Origin: Octopus vulgaris
Lineage: Eukaryota
Reading direction: 5' to 3'
DNA length: 64,000 bases
Assembly (NCBI GenBank): GCA_951406725.2
Contig: OX597824.1
Location: 21,266,001 to 21,330,000, forward strand
Shown: one piece after another, positions 63,230 through 64,000 of the stretch
How the letters are laid out: each line of letters opens with the position of its first letter
Position numbering within the stretch: the stretch's first letter is position 1
The notes under the pieces: generated by a model
The model's input: only the letters and a program-made list of their open reading frames with translations
Databases searched by the model: none
Told to the model about the DNA's origin: nothing
Translations under genes and position numbers: made by a program

Positions 63230-63561
63230 CCCCTTCGGTCATAGATGACCATGGGATTGCACCTAGAAAGTTACCCTCCAAGGCACAAGTCCAGTCAAGA
63301 TTGTTTATGGAGGACCAACAGTTGCCTATGCATACCATGCTCCTCTCTCCATGCCACCGATGTTATCCAAGGGAAAGGCAAAGGGGCCGATACAGCTTGG
63401 CACCAGTGAAGTTGCAGCTCATTTCTACAGCTGAGTGAAGTGAAGCAATGTGAAATAAAGTGTCTTGCTCAAGAACACAACATACAACTCGGTCTGGGAA
63501 TCAAACTCACAACCTCACGATTGTAAGCTTGACACTCTAACCACTGAGCCATGTGCCTTCA
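63226..63561 (-). mobile_element. SINE subfamily R2 adjoining (GA)n
   Basis: Matches 2064-2396. Confidence 0.88.
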
Positions 63562-63787
63562 CACACGCATATATATATATATATATACACATATGTGTGT
63601 ATGTGTGTGTGTGTTTGTGTATAGGCACATATGTGCCTGTGTAGTAAAACGTTTACTTCATAACACATAAGAAGTCCCCACGCTGTGACACTTTGAGAAA
63701 GTGTCTCCTATAACACTGGGCCAGCTAAAAGCTTGAGTGGATTTAGTAGACAGAAACTGAAAGAAGCCCATTGTGTGTGTGTGTGTG

Positions 63788-63826
<39 letters not shown>

Positions 63827-63827
<1 letters not shown>

Positions 63828-64000
63828 GGCGCAGGAGTGGCTGTGTGGTAAGTAGCTTGTTTACCAACCACATGGTTCCGGGTTCAGTCCCACTGTGTGG
63901 CACCTTGGGCAAGTGTCTTCTACTATAGCCTTGGGCTGACCAAAGCCTTGTGAGTGGATTTGGTAGATGGAAACTGAAAGAAGCCCGTCGTATATATGTA
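63827..64000 (+). mobile_element. Family A 5' half (runs off the window)
   Basis: AGGCGCAGGAGTGGCTGTGTGGTAAG head. Confidence 0.9.

Overview
AT-rich (roughly one-third GC by eye), repeat-saturated eukaryotic non-coding DNA, either intergenic or inside a large intron. It is most likely from an octopus or other coleoid cephalopod; this is inferred from the tRNA-derived SINE complement and microsatellite load, not proven. I found no supportable host protein-coding exon, rRNA, tRNA gene or CRISPR array, and almost all listed ORFs are microsatellite or SINE artefacts. The window contains: (i) dozens of copies of four retroposon families, which I label A, M, R and G; (ii) six complete non-autonomous Helitrons; (iii) pogo-like, mariner-like and GG-terminal MITEs; (iv) a fossil hAT (ZMYM1-like) transposase; (v) LINE relics (RTE endonuclease, CR1 3' end, R4/Dong pieces); and (vi) many microsatellites. 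The most interesting signal is a set of short Penelope-like remnants, mostly inside (TA)n tracts, that carry hammerhead-ribozyme-like motifs. Their cores differ between families yet always keep the 3-8 tertiary pair (C-G, U-A, G-C). Other notable features are a ~250-bp direct duplication flanking a SINE that preserves a Helitron empty site, modular Helitron chimeras, multimeric SINE arrays, and an E-box-dense unique segment. Repeat coordinates are approximate (about +/-10 bp) unless termini are quoted.
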